Of a stretch of DNA of 64,000 bases, positions 49,093 through 58,369 are shown one piece after another. The notes under the pieces were generated by a model. That model was given only the letters and a program-made list of their open reading frames with translations, did not search any database and had not been told where the DNA came from. The stretch lies in NCBI GenBank assembly GCA_027492035.1, contig JAOZFT010000004.1, forward strand, positions 576,001 to 640,000, given 5' to 3'. The DNA comes from Thermoproteota archaeon (GTDB lineage Archaea; Korarchaeota; JAOZGF01; JAOZFZ01). The stretch's first letter is position 1; every line of letters starts with the position of its first letter. The translations under genes and the position numbers were made by a program.

Positions 49093-50178
49093 GTGTTGAA
49101 AGGTGTTTCCTTCACTTTTTTAGGGAGGGGGAGGTGTGTAAAGGAGGGGTTGAAAATGAAAGTTTCAGAGATCGGCGAAAGAAAACTAATTGAAATCCTC
49201 CTAAATTTACTCAGTAAAGACCCTGAGGAATTATTTGGTTACGACGACGTCTCTGGTAGAGTTTTACTTGGTGAACTTATCTTTTCGTTAAAAACAGACA
49301 CTTTCGTTGCTTCAACCGACCTACTTCCAGGCACCCCTTGGAAAAGTGTAGGCCGCAAAATTGTGGTGATGAACATTAGCGACTTCGCAGCAAAGGGAAT
49401 AACTCCCCTCGCGGGCTTAATTTCTCTCTGTTTAAAAGGTGACATGGAACTTAGAGACGTGAAAGAGATTTATAAAGGGATAAATGAAACAGCTAAAGAA
49501 TACAAAGTCCCCATCTGGGGTGGAGATACAAACGAGTGTTCAGACCTAGTCATTACAGGAGCATTTGCAGGAATAGGTTTAAAAAGTAAACTTGTTTTCA
49601 GGAGCGGGGCTAAACCAGGGGACCTAATTTACTCCACTGGAGAATTCGGATTAACAAGTGCAGCTTTCAAGATCCTGCTTGGAAAGAGGGAAGTTGAAGA
49701 CAAAAAATTAAGGAAGAAAATTTTGAAGTCTGTGTATGAACCGAAAGCTAAACTGAAAGAAGGACTGACTTTAACAGATAAAAGACTTGTTAACGCAAGT
49801 ATAGACTGCAGCGACGGGTTAGCTGCCTCTCTAAATGAATTAGCTAGGCAAAGCCGCGTAAACATACTTGTAGAAAAAATACCTGTAGCTAAAGAAGCAA
49901 AAAAATACTTTGAAACACAAAACCTAGACCCGGAAAAGGAAGCATTGTACCAAGGTGGTGAAGAGTACGAATTAATTCTCACAATCCCCCCTGAAAAAAT
50001 AGAAGAAGCGAAAAGTAACATAGAGAAAACAGGTTCAAAACTTTTCTACATTGGAAAAGTAAAGAAGGGAAGGGGGGTTTATTTAATTAGAAACGGTGAG
50101 AAGGAAGTAATTGAAGACAGGGGTTGGCAGCACTTCCTTAAATGGAAACGAAAATTTAATGTTCCCTCAAAAACTTAG
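49093..50178 (+). CDS. thiL: Thiamine-monophosphate kinase (likely start 49156)
   Basis: IGERKLI, GYDD, KTD, NISDFAAKG, GGDT, DCSDGL, GGEEYEL, GWQHF. Confidence 0.93.
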   Translation: MLKGVSFTFLGRGRCVKEGLKMKVSEIGERKLIEILLNLLSKDPEELFGYDDVSGRVLLGELIFSLKTDTFVASTDLLPGTPWKSVGRKIVVMNISDFAAKGITPLAGLISLCLKGDMELRDVKEIYKGINETAKEYKVPIWGGDTNECSDLVITGAFAGIGLKSKLVFRSGAKPGDLIYSTGEFGLTSAAFKILLGKREVEDKKLRKKILKSVYEPKAKLKEGLTLTDKRLVNASIDCSDGLAASLNELARQSRVNILVEKIPVAKEAKKYFETQNLDPEKEALYQGGEEYELILTIPPEKIEEAKSNIEKTGSKLFYIGKVKKGRGVYLIRNGEKEVIEDRGWQHFLKWKRKFNVPSKT

Positions 50179-50510
50179 GAATCGAAAAACATTATATGTT
50201 GCAAGGAAAAGTCTTGAATTATTTATGTTCTGTGTTTAAAGGGGAAGAAATTATTTAGGAGGTTTAAGGAATTCATATGTAACTTGGTAATATGTTGCTT
50301 ACGTTGTTGCTTCCTGTTCCCTCCTAAACTAGAACATTTAACAAGTTCAAGAATAGTTATCTATTAGACTTTATGAAGGAAGTCGTCTTCTATTTTCTTG
50401 TCAGGAAGCCTGTTTTATAAACAAGAGTCAAGCGATAAATAATTAAGTATGCAGTTGAAGGAAAGGGTTCCATTTTTCCATTCCTCCTTTTTTTCTTTGT
50501 GATAAAAAGT

Positions 50511-51302
50511 TTACTCTCTTATTTTTATGAAGTTTATGAAGTTTCCTCTGGAAATTTTTTCCAGGACAAGACTATCTACTTCTCTCTTTAAAAGGAAATC
50601 AACTGTTTTCTTTACAGCTAATGGGTCAGAGGGTTCTCTTCCGCAGTCACTGTTTAAAATGATTCTGTCAATAAGTTTCGGGTAACTTTCTATTATGTGG
50701 TAAACTTTTTCTTGTGTAAGTTTACCTGGTTGAACAGTTAATCCTATATAGTAGGTGTTGTTTTCCATTTTCTCTAATTGATTCATGGTTAAGTGGTCAA
50801 TCATTACTTGCTCCTGTTTAACCCTTGTTTCTTCCAATATTTTAAGTATTAATTCAAAAATTTCTTGTTTATTTTTTCTTGGAGTATGGATAATTACAGG
50901 TTTCCCATAATCCCTAGCTAATTTCAACTGTTTCTTTAAAATTACCTGTTCCTTAATGGAGCCTTTCTCCAGCCCTGCTTCTCCAATAACAGCTGATTCT
51001 TCAATATTTCTTTCTATTTCCTTTATTTCCCCCTCCATTTTCCCGTAAATGTTTCTTGGATGAATTCCTAAACCAATGTAGGGTGTTAATTTTAAACTTT
51101 TAAACCTCTCTTTTTCAGACTGTGTAAGCCACGTGTAAAGGTCTTTTAACGTGCAGCGGCAGCTTGGTTTTACAGGGAAATAGGAAAGCACAGCTGCACC
51201 TTCATAGCCTTCTTCCTTTAAAAGTTTAAGGGTTGAGTAGTTGCTGAAGTAATGGTGAGTGTGGCCGTCGATAAACCTTGATTTTCCTCTTACTTCACTC
51301 AT
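50511..51302 (-). CDS. TatD-family amidohydrolase-fold protein
   Basis: IDGHTH, GIHP, IGEAGL, IIHTP, IDH, NSD. Confidence 0.88.
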   Translation of the reverse strand: MSEVRGKSRFIDGHTHHYFSNYSTLKLLKEEGYEGAAVLSYFPVKPSCRCTLKDLYTWLTQSEKERFKSLKLTPYIGLGIHPRNIYGKMEGEIKEIERNIEESAVIGEAGLEKGSIKEQVILKKQLKLARDYGKPVIIHTPRKNKQEIFELILKILEETRVKQEQVMIDHLTMNQLEKMENNTYYIGLTVQPGKLTQEKVYHIIESYPKLIDRIILNSDCGREPSDPLAVKKTVDFLLKREVDSLVLEKISRGNFINFIKIRE

Positions 51303-51327
51303 TTTCCTTTCTTTCCCTTATCTATTT

Positions 51328-52485
51328 TCATATTACCTCGTTTAAGACTTCAGCTAAATCCTTCACTTCTATTTCTTCATCCTTCCCTATAACTTTTACT
51401 GCATCTGTTAAATTCATTAAACAGAATGGACAGGCAGTAACTATTATGTCCGGATTCAGTTTAGCCGCCTCCTTAGCTCTTGTAACTGCAGGTCTCTCCT
51501 TAGGAGGTTCTTCCATCCATATTCTTCCTCCTCCTCCCCCACAACAGTAACTGTTCTCTCTGTTCCTCCTCATTTCTACAAACTGTAAACCCGGAATTGA
51601 CTTAAGGATGTTTCTGGGTTCATCATATACTCCGTTATGTCTTCCGAGAAAGCATGGGTCATGGTAAGTAACCTTTTTGTTTAATCTCCCCTTTATCTTC
51701 AATTTTCCCTCCTTTATCAGGTTCCAAATGAACTGTGTATAGTGTTGAACCTCGATTTTGCCTCCAAATTCCTTATATTCCTTCTTAAAAACGTTAAAAC
51801 TGTGGGGGGAGGTTGTAACCATCCTTTTTACGTTGTATTTTTCAAAGTTAGCAATGTTTTCTTCAGCTAACATTTCAAACAACCCCTTTTCACCAAGTTT
51901 TAAAACTCCGTCTCCACAACATTTTTCCTTGTTTCCAAGTATGAAAAAATCAACATTTGCTTTCCTGAAAATGTTAACTATGGCTTTAGCAACTTCTTGG
52001 TTTCTGGTGTCGTAGGATGGTGTACAACCTACAAAATAAAGGACTTCCCCTGTTTCCCCTTTACTTGCATCTTTCAAACTTAAATCCTTACACCATTCTG
52101 TTCTCTTGTTTTCTAATCCTCCCCAAGGATTTCCGTTCCTGAATGTGCTTTCAAGCATGTCCTGAACAGTTTTAGGTATAAACCCTCCCTCAACCACTTT
52201 ACTCCTTAACTCAGTAACTAAATCACTAATACTTATTTCACTTGGGCATCTCACACTGCACTTGTAACATGATGTACACATCCATAAAGTGTCCTCTTCA
52301 AAGACAGGTTCAATGTATTCTTCCCTGAAAAGGGCAATTACTTTTCTTGGGGTGTTTCCCCAAACAGTTGGACATGAACCTGAACAAACTCCACATTGTA
52401 AACACTCCCTAATTTTCTGCCCCAAAGGTGAACTATAAATTTCATTCAGTAATTCCTCGACTTGAACATTAATTTTTCCAGCCAA
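51328..52485 (-). CDS. HdrD-like Fe-S protein (HdrC-like 2x[4Fe-4S] + two CCG domains)
   Basis: CLQCGVCSGSCP, CTSCYKCSVRCP, YFVGC...CCG, YHDPC...CCGGGGG...TACPFC. Confidence 0.9.
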   Translation of the reverse strand: MAGKINVQVEELLNEIYSSPLGQKIRECLQCGVCSGSCPTVWGNTPRKVIALFREEYIEPVFEEDTLWMCTSCYKCSVRCPSEISISDLVTELRSKVVEGGFIPKTVQDMLESTFRNGNPWGGLENKRTEWCKDLSLKDASKGETGEVLYFVGCTPSYDTRNQEVAKAIVNIFRKANVDFFILGNKEKCCGDGVLKLGEKGLFEMLAEENIANFEKYNVKRMVTTSPHSFNVFKKEYKEFGGKIEVQHYTQFIWNLIKEGKLKIKGRLNKKVTYHDPCFLGRHNGVYDEPRNILKSIPGLQFVEMRRNRENSYCCGGGGGRIWMEEPPKERPAVTRAKEAAKLNPDIIVTACPFCLMNLTDAVKVIGKDEEIEVKDLAEVLNEVI

Positions 52486-52521
52486 TTTTCACCTTTCCTC
52501 CTTTCATCTTTTTAAAAACTT

Positions 52522-53670
52522 TTATGGGCTCTTTAAGAATTCTTCAAGCTCTTCTTCTTCTGCATAAATTAAAGGTACAGGTTCATCAATTTTTCTCCCC
52601 GGTTGATAATTAAATTCTTTCCTTGCTTCATTAGTGATGACTGTGAAAACCTTTGACAGTTCAATGTCTTCAGGGCAGGCTTGTTCACATAAGCCGCAGT
52701 CTATGCATGAAACTCCCATATGAAGCATTCTTCCTAGGTGGAACTGGATCTTAGCTTTTATTGAAGGAGTCGTTCCCTCTTCTACGGTCCACTTCAAGTA
52801 CTTGTTGAAAACGAAGTCGTAGTCTTGTGAATCAAAGAAGCATTCTTTACAGAAACAAATGGGGCATGCTTCCATACAGTTTTGACATTTGATGCAGTCT
52901 TTAAATATCTCCCTTAATCCCTCAACTCCTTTCACTTCCTCTCTAGATTTCAAAACAAATTCATTATACTTCCCCCCTCTTTCTTTGATTATTTCAGTTA
53001 TTGCTTCTTCCCTCTCTTTATCCCTGTTCGCTGTTAAACCTATCTTTGCCAGTATTATTTTCCCCTTCTCACTTTTTGCTTCAATGTATAACTTACTACT
53101 CTTCCCTATGTAGCCAAGGTTTATGTCTGTGTTTTCAGGTGTAGGTGAAGCACATATTTTGCAGTATGTTCTGAAGTCTCGGTTCTCCTCTCTTCTAAGG
53201 AATGAATCATAAAATTTCTGGTTAGGGTTTTCTCCCTTCTCAACCATTTCTTTAAATTTTAACACGTGAAATGTGCCGTAGCAGTCAGTACCTATTAAAA
53301 CTACGTTTTCAAGTTTTATTTGTTCGAGTTTCGTTAACTCAATTACTGCCTTGACTTCGCAGGGTTTAGCTGTAACTCCTAAAGGTTTGGGTAAAGGGTT
53401 GTCCTTTGTTAGTTCAGATAAGTAAGTTGCAACGCTGAACCCTGGAATAACTGGTGTGAAAAGATCTATGTTTTCAATTTCTGATTCTTTAGTGACTAAT
53501 ACCCTTCTAATCATTCCCTTCTCTTCCTTTACTTGCGTCAGTAAAGCTGTAACAACCCTTTTACTGAGCATTTCTTTGAGTACCTTTTTCGCCTCCTCAT
53601 TTATTTTATCTATTGATTTATTTATTGAAGGTTCCTTACTCATTTCTATCTTCCTCTGAAATTGTCCCAA
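52522..53670 (-). CDS. FdhB/FrhB-like Fe-S flavoprotein subunit
   Basis: KPCE, LIGTDCYG, CKIC, CIKCQNCMEACPICFCKEC, FHLGRMLH, CIDCGLCEQACP. Confidence 0.85.
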   Translation of the reverse strand: MGQFQRKIEMSKEPSINKSIDKINEEAKKVLKEMLSKRVVTALLTQVKEEKGMIRRVLVTKESEIENIDLFTPVIPGFSVATYLSELTKDNPLPKPLGVTAKPCEVKAVIELTKLEQIKLENVVLIGTDCYGTFHVLKFKEMVEKGENPNQKFYDSFLRREENRDFRTYCKICASPTPENTDINLGYIGKSSKLYIEAKSEKGKIILAKIGLTANRDKEREEAITEIIKERGGKYNEFVLKSREEVKGVEGLREIFKDCIKCQNCMEACPICFCKECFFDSQDYDFVFNKYLKWTVEEGTTPSIKAKIQFHLGRMLHMGVSCIDCGLCEQACPEDIELSKVFTVITNEARKEFNYQPGRKIDEPVPLIYAEEEELEEFLKSP

Positions 53671-54109
53671 GTTTCTTTAAAGGGTTTTCACCTAGTTCCT
53701 TTATTTCTTCAGAAAACTTCTTCACTATCTCAGCATATTTCCCGCCTTCTGAAGCAGAAATCCATTCCAATTTAACCCTGTCTTCTTCTAGGTTTAAAGC
53801 CCTTAACATTGCTTTCAAAAGCCTGTATCTTTGATAAGCAAAGAAGTTTCCTCTCCTGTAATGGCAGTCACCTGGATGGCAGCCTGCAATCAAAACTCCG
53901 TCAGCTCCATCCAGCAAAGCCCTTAAAACATAAACAGGATCAACCTTACCTGAACACGGAACCCTTATGGTGGCTATTGTGGGGGGATACTTTATCCTGC
54001 TTGTACCTGCTAAATCTGCACCTACATAGGCACACCATCTACAAAGAAAACCAACAATTGAAGGATTAAAATCATCCTCTCCACAACTTTCCTTCTTTTT
54101 TTTACTCAT
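53636..54109 (-). CDS. mvhD: Methyl-viologen-reducing hydrogenase delta subunit ([2Fe-2S])
   Basis: GFLCRWCAYVGAD, RVPCSG, GCHPGDCHY, WISASEG. Confidence 0.94.
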   Translation of the reverse strand: MSKKKKESCGEDDFNPSIVGFLCRWCAYVGADLAGTSRIKYPPTIATIRVPCSGKVDPVYVLRALLDGADGVLIAGCHPGDCHYRRGNFFAYQRYRLLKAMLRALNLEEDRVKLEWISASEGGKYAEIVKKFSEEIKELGENPLKKLGTISEEDRNE

Positions 54110-54126
54110 TTTTCTCCATCTCTTTT

Positions 54127-56094
54127 TTAGGGATAAGAGGTTAAACCTTCCAACTCCAAAAAAACCTGTTTGTGAGTGTATCCTTTATGCTGGATAGCTC
54201 CTGACCTGCAAGCGGCTGAACATGCTCCACAACCTTTGCAAAGTTCTTCCTGAACCACAGCAGTCTTTTTCTCTTCATCGAAAGTTATTGCTTCAAATGG
54301 ACAAACTGAAATGCATGCTTTACATCCCGAACAAATTTCTTCGTTCACTTCAGCTGTGAAAGCTTCAATTTCATATTCTCCTCTATCTATAAGTGACAAT
54401 GCTTGAGCTGCAGCAGCTGATGCCTGTGCAACTGTGTCAGGAATATCTTTAGGTCCTTGACATGTCCCTGCTATAAAAATTCCGTCATTTGCTGTTGAAA
54501 CAGGAGCTAATTTTGGGTGCTTCTCTAAAAAAAATCCGTCATTGCTTAAATTAAGTGAAAACAATTTAGCAACTTCTTTACTGTCTTTTCTAGGTTCTAA
54601 AGCAACAGCTAAAACAACCATGTCAACAGGTATGCGTTTCACGGTTCCAAGTAAGGTGTCTTCAAACTGAACTATCAACTTTCCTTCTTCTTCAGGTTTT
54701 TCAGCTACATCTGTTACCTCGGCAACCTTACCCCTTATGAAAGTCACTCCTTCACTTAAAACCCTCCTGTAAAATTCTTCATACCCTTTACCAAAGGCCC
54801 TTATGTCAATGTAGAACTCATAAATTTTTGCGTCAGGTATTTCCTCTTTAATAAGGTGGGCGATTTTCATTGAGTACATACAGCAAACCCTTGAACAATA
54901 CTCGTGGAAATTCTTATCTCTACTTCCTACACAGTGAATTATGGCTACGGTTTCAGGTTCCTTACCGTTTTTCAAAAGTATCTTTCCGACCGTAGGGCCT
55001 GAGGGACTGCAAAGTCTCTCAAACTCCAAACTTGTGATTACATTATCTAAAACTCCGTAACCATATTGGGGCATAACAGAAGGGTCAAAAACATCATAAC
55101 CTGTGGCTACAATTATTGCTCCAACCTTAACCTCAACTATTTCATTCTTCTGTTCAAAATTAATGGCTTTAGCTGGGCAAAGTTTTTCACATGCTTTACA
55201 TATTCCTTTAGTGAAGAAGAGGCAGTGTTCAGTATCTATAACTGGCACATTAGGCACAGCTTGAGGAAATGGTGTGTAAATAGCTTTCCTCATCCCTAAC
55301 TTCATATCAAACTCGTTAGGAACCTTCACTGGACATTTAGCCTGGCAAGTACCACACCCTGTACATTTGTCAACATCCACAAACCTAGCTTTCTTCTTTA
55401 TTTTCACGATGTAATTGCCTACAAACCCTGAAACATCCACAACTTCGCTGTAAGTTAAAAGTTCAATGTTTTCATGCTGCCCCACAGCAGACATTTTAGG
55501 TGTTAAAATACAGGATGAACAATCCAGTGTAGGGAATGTTTTATCTAATTGGGCCATGTGTCCTCCTATACTTGGTTCTTTTTCCACTAAATACACTTTC
55601 CTTCCTGCATCTGCCACTGTCAAAGCTGCTTCAATTCCAGCTATCCCTCCACCCACCACCAAAACAGCAGGTGTAACCGGAACCTTCCTTGTTTTTAATG
55701 GAACATGTTGCTTTACTCTATTTATTCCGGCGACAACAAGCTTTATCGCTTTCTCAGTCGCTTTTTCGCGGTTATCATGAACCCATGAACACTGCTCCCT
55801 AATGTTAACGTGTTGGTAAAGGAAAGGACTTAATCCAGCACTTTCACAAACTTTTTTAAAAGTTTTTTCATGCAGTAAAGGGGAGCATGAGGCAACAACT
55901 ACCGAGTTTAAACCGTATCTCTTTATGTCCTCCCTAATTAAGTCCTGGCCCGGGTCTGAACACATATATAAGTAATGTTTAGCTACAACCACTCCTTCAA
56001 TAGAAGAAACGGTTTCAGTAACTTTTTCAACATCAACAGTTGCTGCGATGTTGTTTCCACAATGACAAATATAGACCCCGATCCTTCTATTCAT
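54127..56094 (-). CDS. hdrA: Heterodisulfide reductase subunit A
   Basis: GVYICHCG, ASCSP, NIREQCSW, VGGGIAG, FPTLDCSSCI, HCVGSRD, CSRVCC, GPKDI, ferredoxin domains. Confidence 0.96.
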   Translation of the reverse strand: MNRRIGVYICHCGNNIAATVDVEKVTETVSSIEGVVVAKHYLYMCSDPGQDLIREDIKRYGLNSVVVASCSPLLHEKTFKKVCESAGLSPFLYQHVNIREQCSWVHDNREKATEKAIKLVVAGINRVKQHVPLKTRKVPVTPAVLVVGGGIAGIEAALTVADAGRKVYLVEKEPSIGGHMAQLDKTFPTLDCSSCILTPKMSAVGQHENIELLTYSEVVDVSGFVGNYIVKIKKKARFVDVDKCTGCGTCQAKCPVKVPNEFDMKLGMRKAIYTPFPQAVPNVPVIDTEHCLFFTKGICKACEKLCPAKAINFEQKNEIVEVKVGAIIVATGYDVFDPSVMPQYGYGVLDNVITSLEFERLCSPSGPTVGKILLKNGKEPETVAIIHCVGSRDKNFHEYCSRVCCMYSMKIAHLIKEEIPDAKIYEFYIDIRAFGKGYEEFYRRVLSEGVTFIRGKVAEVTDVAEKPEEEGKLIVQFEDTLLGTVKRIPVDMVVLAVALEPRKDSKEVAKLFSLNLSNDGFFLEKHPKLAPVSTANDGIFIAGTCQGPKDIPDTVAQASAAAAQALSLIDRGEYEIEAFTAEVNEEICSGCKACISVCPFEAITFDEEKKTAVVQEELCKGCGACSAACRSGAIQHKGYTHKQVFLELEGLTSYP

Positions 56095-56140
56095 ACCTGA
56101 ACCCCTTTCTCCTCAATTGAAAAAAGAAGTTTTAAAAGGA

Positions 56141-56157
56141 AACTCTTTTAAAGAGTT
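56141..56157. promoter_or_regulatory. 8-bp perfect inverted repeat in the hdrA / class V aminotransferase divergent promoter
   Basis: AACTCTTT-T-AAAGAGTT. Confidence 0.35.
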
Positions 56158-56269
56158 ATTGAACAAAAACCCTTTCCAATATAAACCTTTTATATTTAAA
56201 AATACTTCCCCCTGATTCTCTTCACTTTAAGAATTTAAAAGGTAGGAGCTTCTTTAGTAGGGGGTAACT

Positions 56270-57388
56270 TTGGCTTTCTTTGATGAATTGTTGAAAGAGT
56301 TCCCTGTTAAAAAGAAACTGGTTTACTTAAACAACGCTTCTGTTTCACCTCTCCCAGTAAGGGTTTTTAATGCAATGAAGAAATTTTATTTGGAAAGAAT
56401 AGTTTCAGGTGACTTAGCTTGGGAGGAATGGATAGAGAAAGTTGAGGAAACACGTAAACTTGCTGCGAAACTAATAGACTCCAAACCTGAGGAAATAGCT
56501 TTCATTAAAAACACAACAGAAGGAATAAATATAGTGGCTAATGGTTTAAATTGGAAAAGAGGAGATAAAGTAATTACTAGCGACTTAGAATTCACAAGTA
56601 ACTTTTATCCCTGGATCAAACTTAGATCTAAAGGGGTTAGGGTAACTGTTGTTTCTCACAAACCTAACGGAGAAATTTCTTTAGATGAAATAGAAAGAAG
56701 AATTGACAACTACACAAAAATTGTTGCTTTAAGCCATGTACAATATGGTAACGGTTTCAGAGTTAATTTAAGAAGGTTAAGAGAAATAACTCAGGGGAAA
56801 TGTTATCTCTTCCTTGACGCTATCCAATCACTTGGGGCAGTAAAAGTTTATTCTGACCTTTGTGACTTCCTTTCAGCTGGAAGCTACAAATGGTTGTTAG
56901 CTCCTTTCGGAACAGGTATACTTTACGTGAACAAAGAAGTTGAATTAAATCCTTCATACATTGGATGGGCCAGTGTAGAAGATCCTTTCTCGCTTTCACC
57001 TGAACTTAAACTTGCTAAATCAGCTAGGAAATTTGAGATAGGGAACCAGGATTATTCAGCAATTTATGGTTTAAACGAAGCTTTGAAATTTATTTTAACG
57101 TTGGATCCTGTAAAAATTGAGAGAAGAATCCTTGATTTAACGGACATTCTGGTAACTGAGGCGGAAGAATCAGGGTTAACTCTACAAACTCCTAAAGAAA
57201 GATACAAAAGAGCAGGCATAGTGAATATAAAAGTGAAGAACCCTGAAAAAATCGTTGAGTGGTTAAAAAAGAAAGGAGTAATAATATCTGCAAGAATGAA
57301 CGGTTTAAGAATTTCTCCTCACTTCTATAATGACGAAAATGAACTGTATAAGCTAATAACACTACTGAGAAAAATAATCTTAACTTAA
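56270..57388 (+). CDS. Class V PLP-dependent enzyme (cysteine desulfurase-like)
   Basis: YLNNASVSP, NTTEG, DAIQSLG, SYKWLLAP.GTG, RISPHFYN. Confidence 0.88.
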   Translation: MAFFDELLKEFPVKKKLVYLNNASVSPLPVRVFNAMKKFYLERIVSGDLAWEEWIEKVEETRKLAAKLIDSKPEEIAFIKNTTEGINIVANGLNWKRGDKVITSDLEFTSNFYPWIKLRSKGVRVTVVSHKPNGEISLDEIERRIDNYTKIVALSHVQYGNGFRVNLRRLREITQGKCYLFLDAIQSLGAVKVYSDLCDFLSAGSYKWLLAPFGTGILYVNKEVELNPSYIGWASVEDPFSLSPELKLAKSARKFEIGNQDYSAIYGLNEALKFILTLDPVKIERRILDLTDILVTEAEESGLTLQTPKERYKRAGIVNIKVKNPEKIVEWLKKKGVIISARMNGLRISPHFYNDENELYKLITLLRKIILT

Positions 57389-57413
57389 AATTAAAAAAGG
57401 AAATTAAACCATT

Positions 57414-58331
57414 TTATCCTATCAGTCTGACTTTTTTTGTCCTTCCTGAACTGTATCTCTCAATCAGTTTTCTTCTCTCTAAATTTTTCAATATCATAGA
57501 CATTTTAGCTTTTGAAAAACCTAATCTCTCCCTTAATTCCTGCTGAGTCACCTCCCCATTAACTCGGATAAGTTCCTCAATAGTTTTTCTTTCATCCTCC
57601 TTAAGGACAGTAATAACCTTACTCTTCTGTTTTTTCACAGTAATAAAAGCAGCTGCACCTATTAAAAGCAATCCAAGAGGTATTAACAACAAATTAATAT
57701 TAAAAAGTTTCTTTTTAATTTCCACGTGAGGTTCTCCTCCACCGAAGTCTCTAGGTCCTTTCCATATCACCTTACCTTCCTCAGCGAAATCAGGTGGAGG
57801 AATAACTGAGTACATGTTCCATTCTTCTGGAATAACTACTTCAAGTTCCTCATTTGTAGAAAGGTAATATCCTCCATTAAATACATCTCCCATAACCAGT
57901 TTATCATCCACCCTCTTTTGGAAATTGCTCCAAACAAACTTTATTATCAGCATCCCTACCTTGCCAACTCTGCCCATTGAAACATCAAACTCTTCAATAT
58001 GCATAGGCCTTTTCGAAACAAGCTCTGCCTTTTTAACAATTTCTTTAAATCTTTCTTTCTCTTGGTTTAAAATCAATGATTTGCTTTCGTTGAAGACTTG
58101 AAGGTATTTATTAAATGCCTGAACTGTTTCGTTGTTTTCTAAGTAAAACCTTGTTTCAATGAACCATTCTGCGCTTCCGTCTTCTTTTAAAGTTATTATC
58201 GTCGTCGTTCTCTCTCCCCTTATTTGTGAAAAACCAGGAATTGTAAATAGCAAATAATGTAAAGTGAGAAAAAAGGTTAAAAGGATTAGAGTTTCTTTTT
58301 TCAAAAGGTTCCCTCGTTCATCTTTAAGCAA
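57414..58331 (-). CDS. Membrane-anchored regulator: extracellular domain, TM, C-terminal winged HTH
   Basis: Signal peptide, DGSAEW, MGDVF, one TM, then GEVTQQELRERLGFSKAKMSMILKNLERRKLIER...GRTKKV. Confidence 0.8.
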   Translation of the reverse strand: MLKDERGNLLKKETLILLTFFLTLHYLLFTIPGFSQIRGERTTTIITLKEDGSAEWFIETRFYLENNETVQAFNKYLQVFNESKSLILNQEKERFKEIVKKAELVSKRPMHIEEFDVSMGRVGKVGMLIIKFVWSNFQKRVDDKLVMGDVFNGGYYLSTNEELEVVIPEEWNMYSVIPPPDFAEEGKVIWKGPRDFGGGEPHVEIKKKLFNINLLLIPLGLLLIGAAAFITVKKQKSKVITVLKEDERKTIEELIRVNGEVTQQELRERLGFSKAKMSMILKNLERRKLIERYSSGRTKKVRLIG

Positions 58332-58369
58332 GCATACTTCAAAGAAAGATAAAAAATTATTTTCTTTCT

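Noticed and set aside
53636-56094. Possible selenocysteine recoding in HdrA/MvhD
   Set aside because: All relevant positions are Cys codons; no in-frame TGA.
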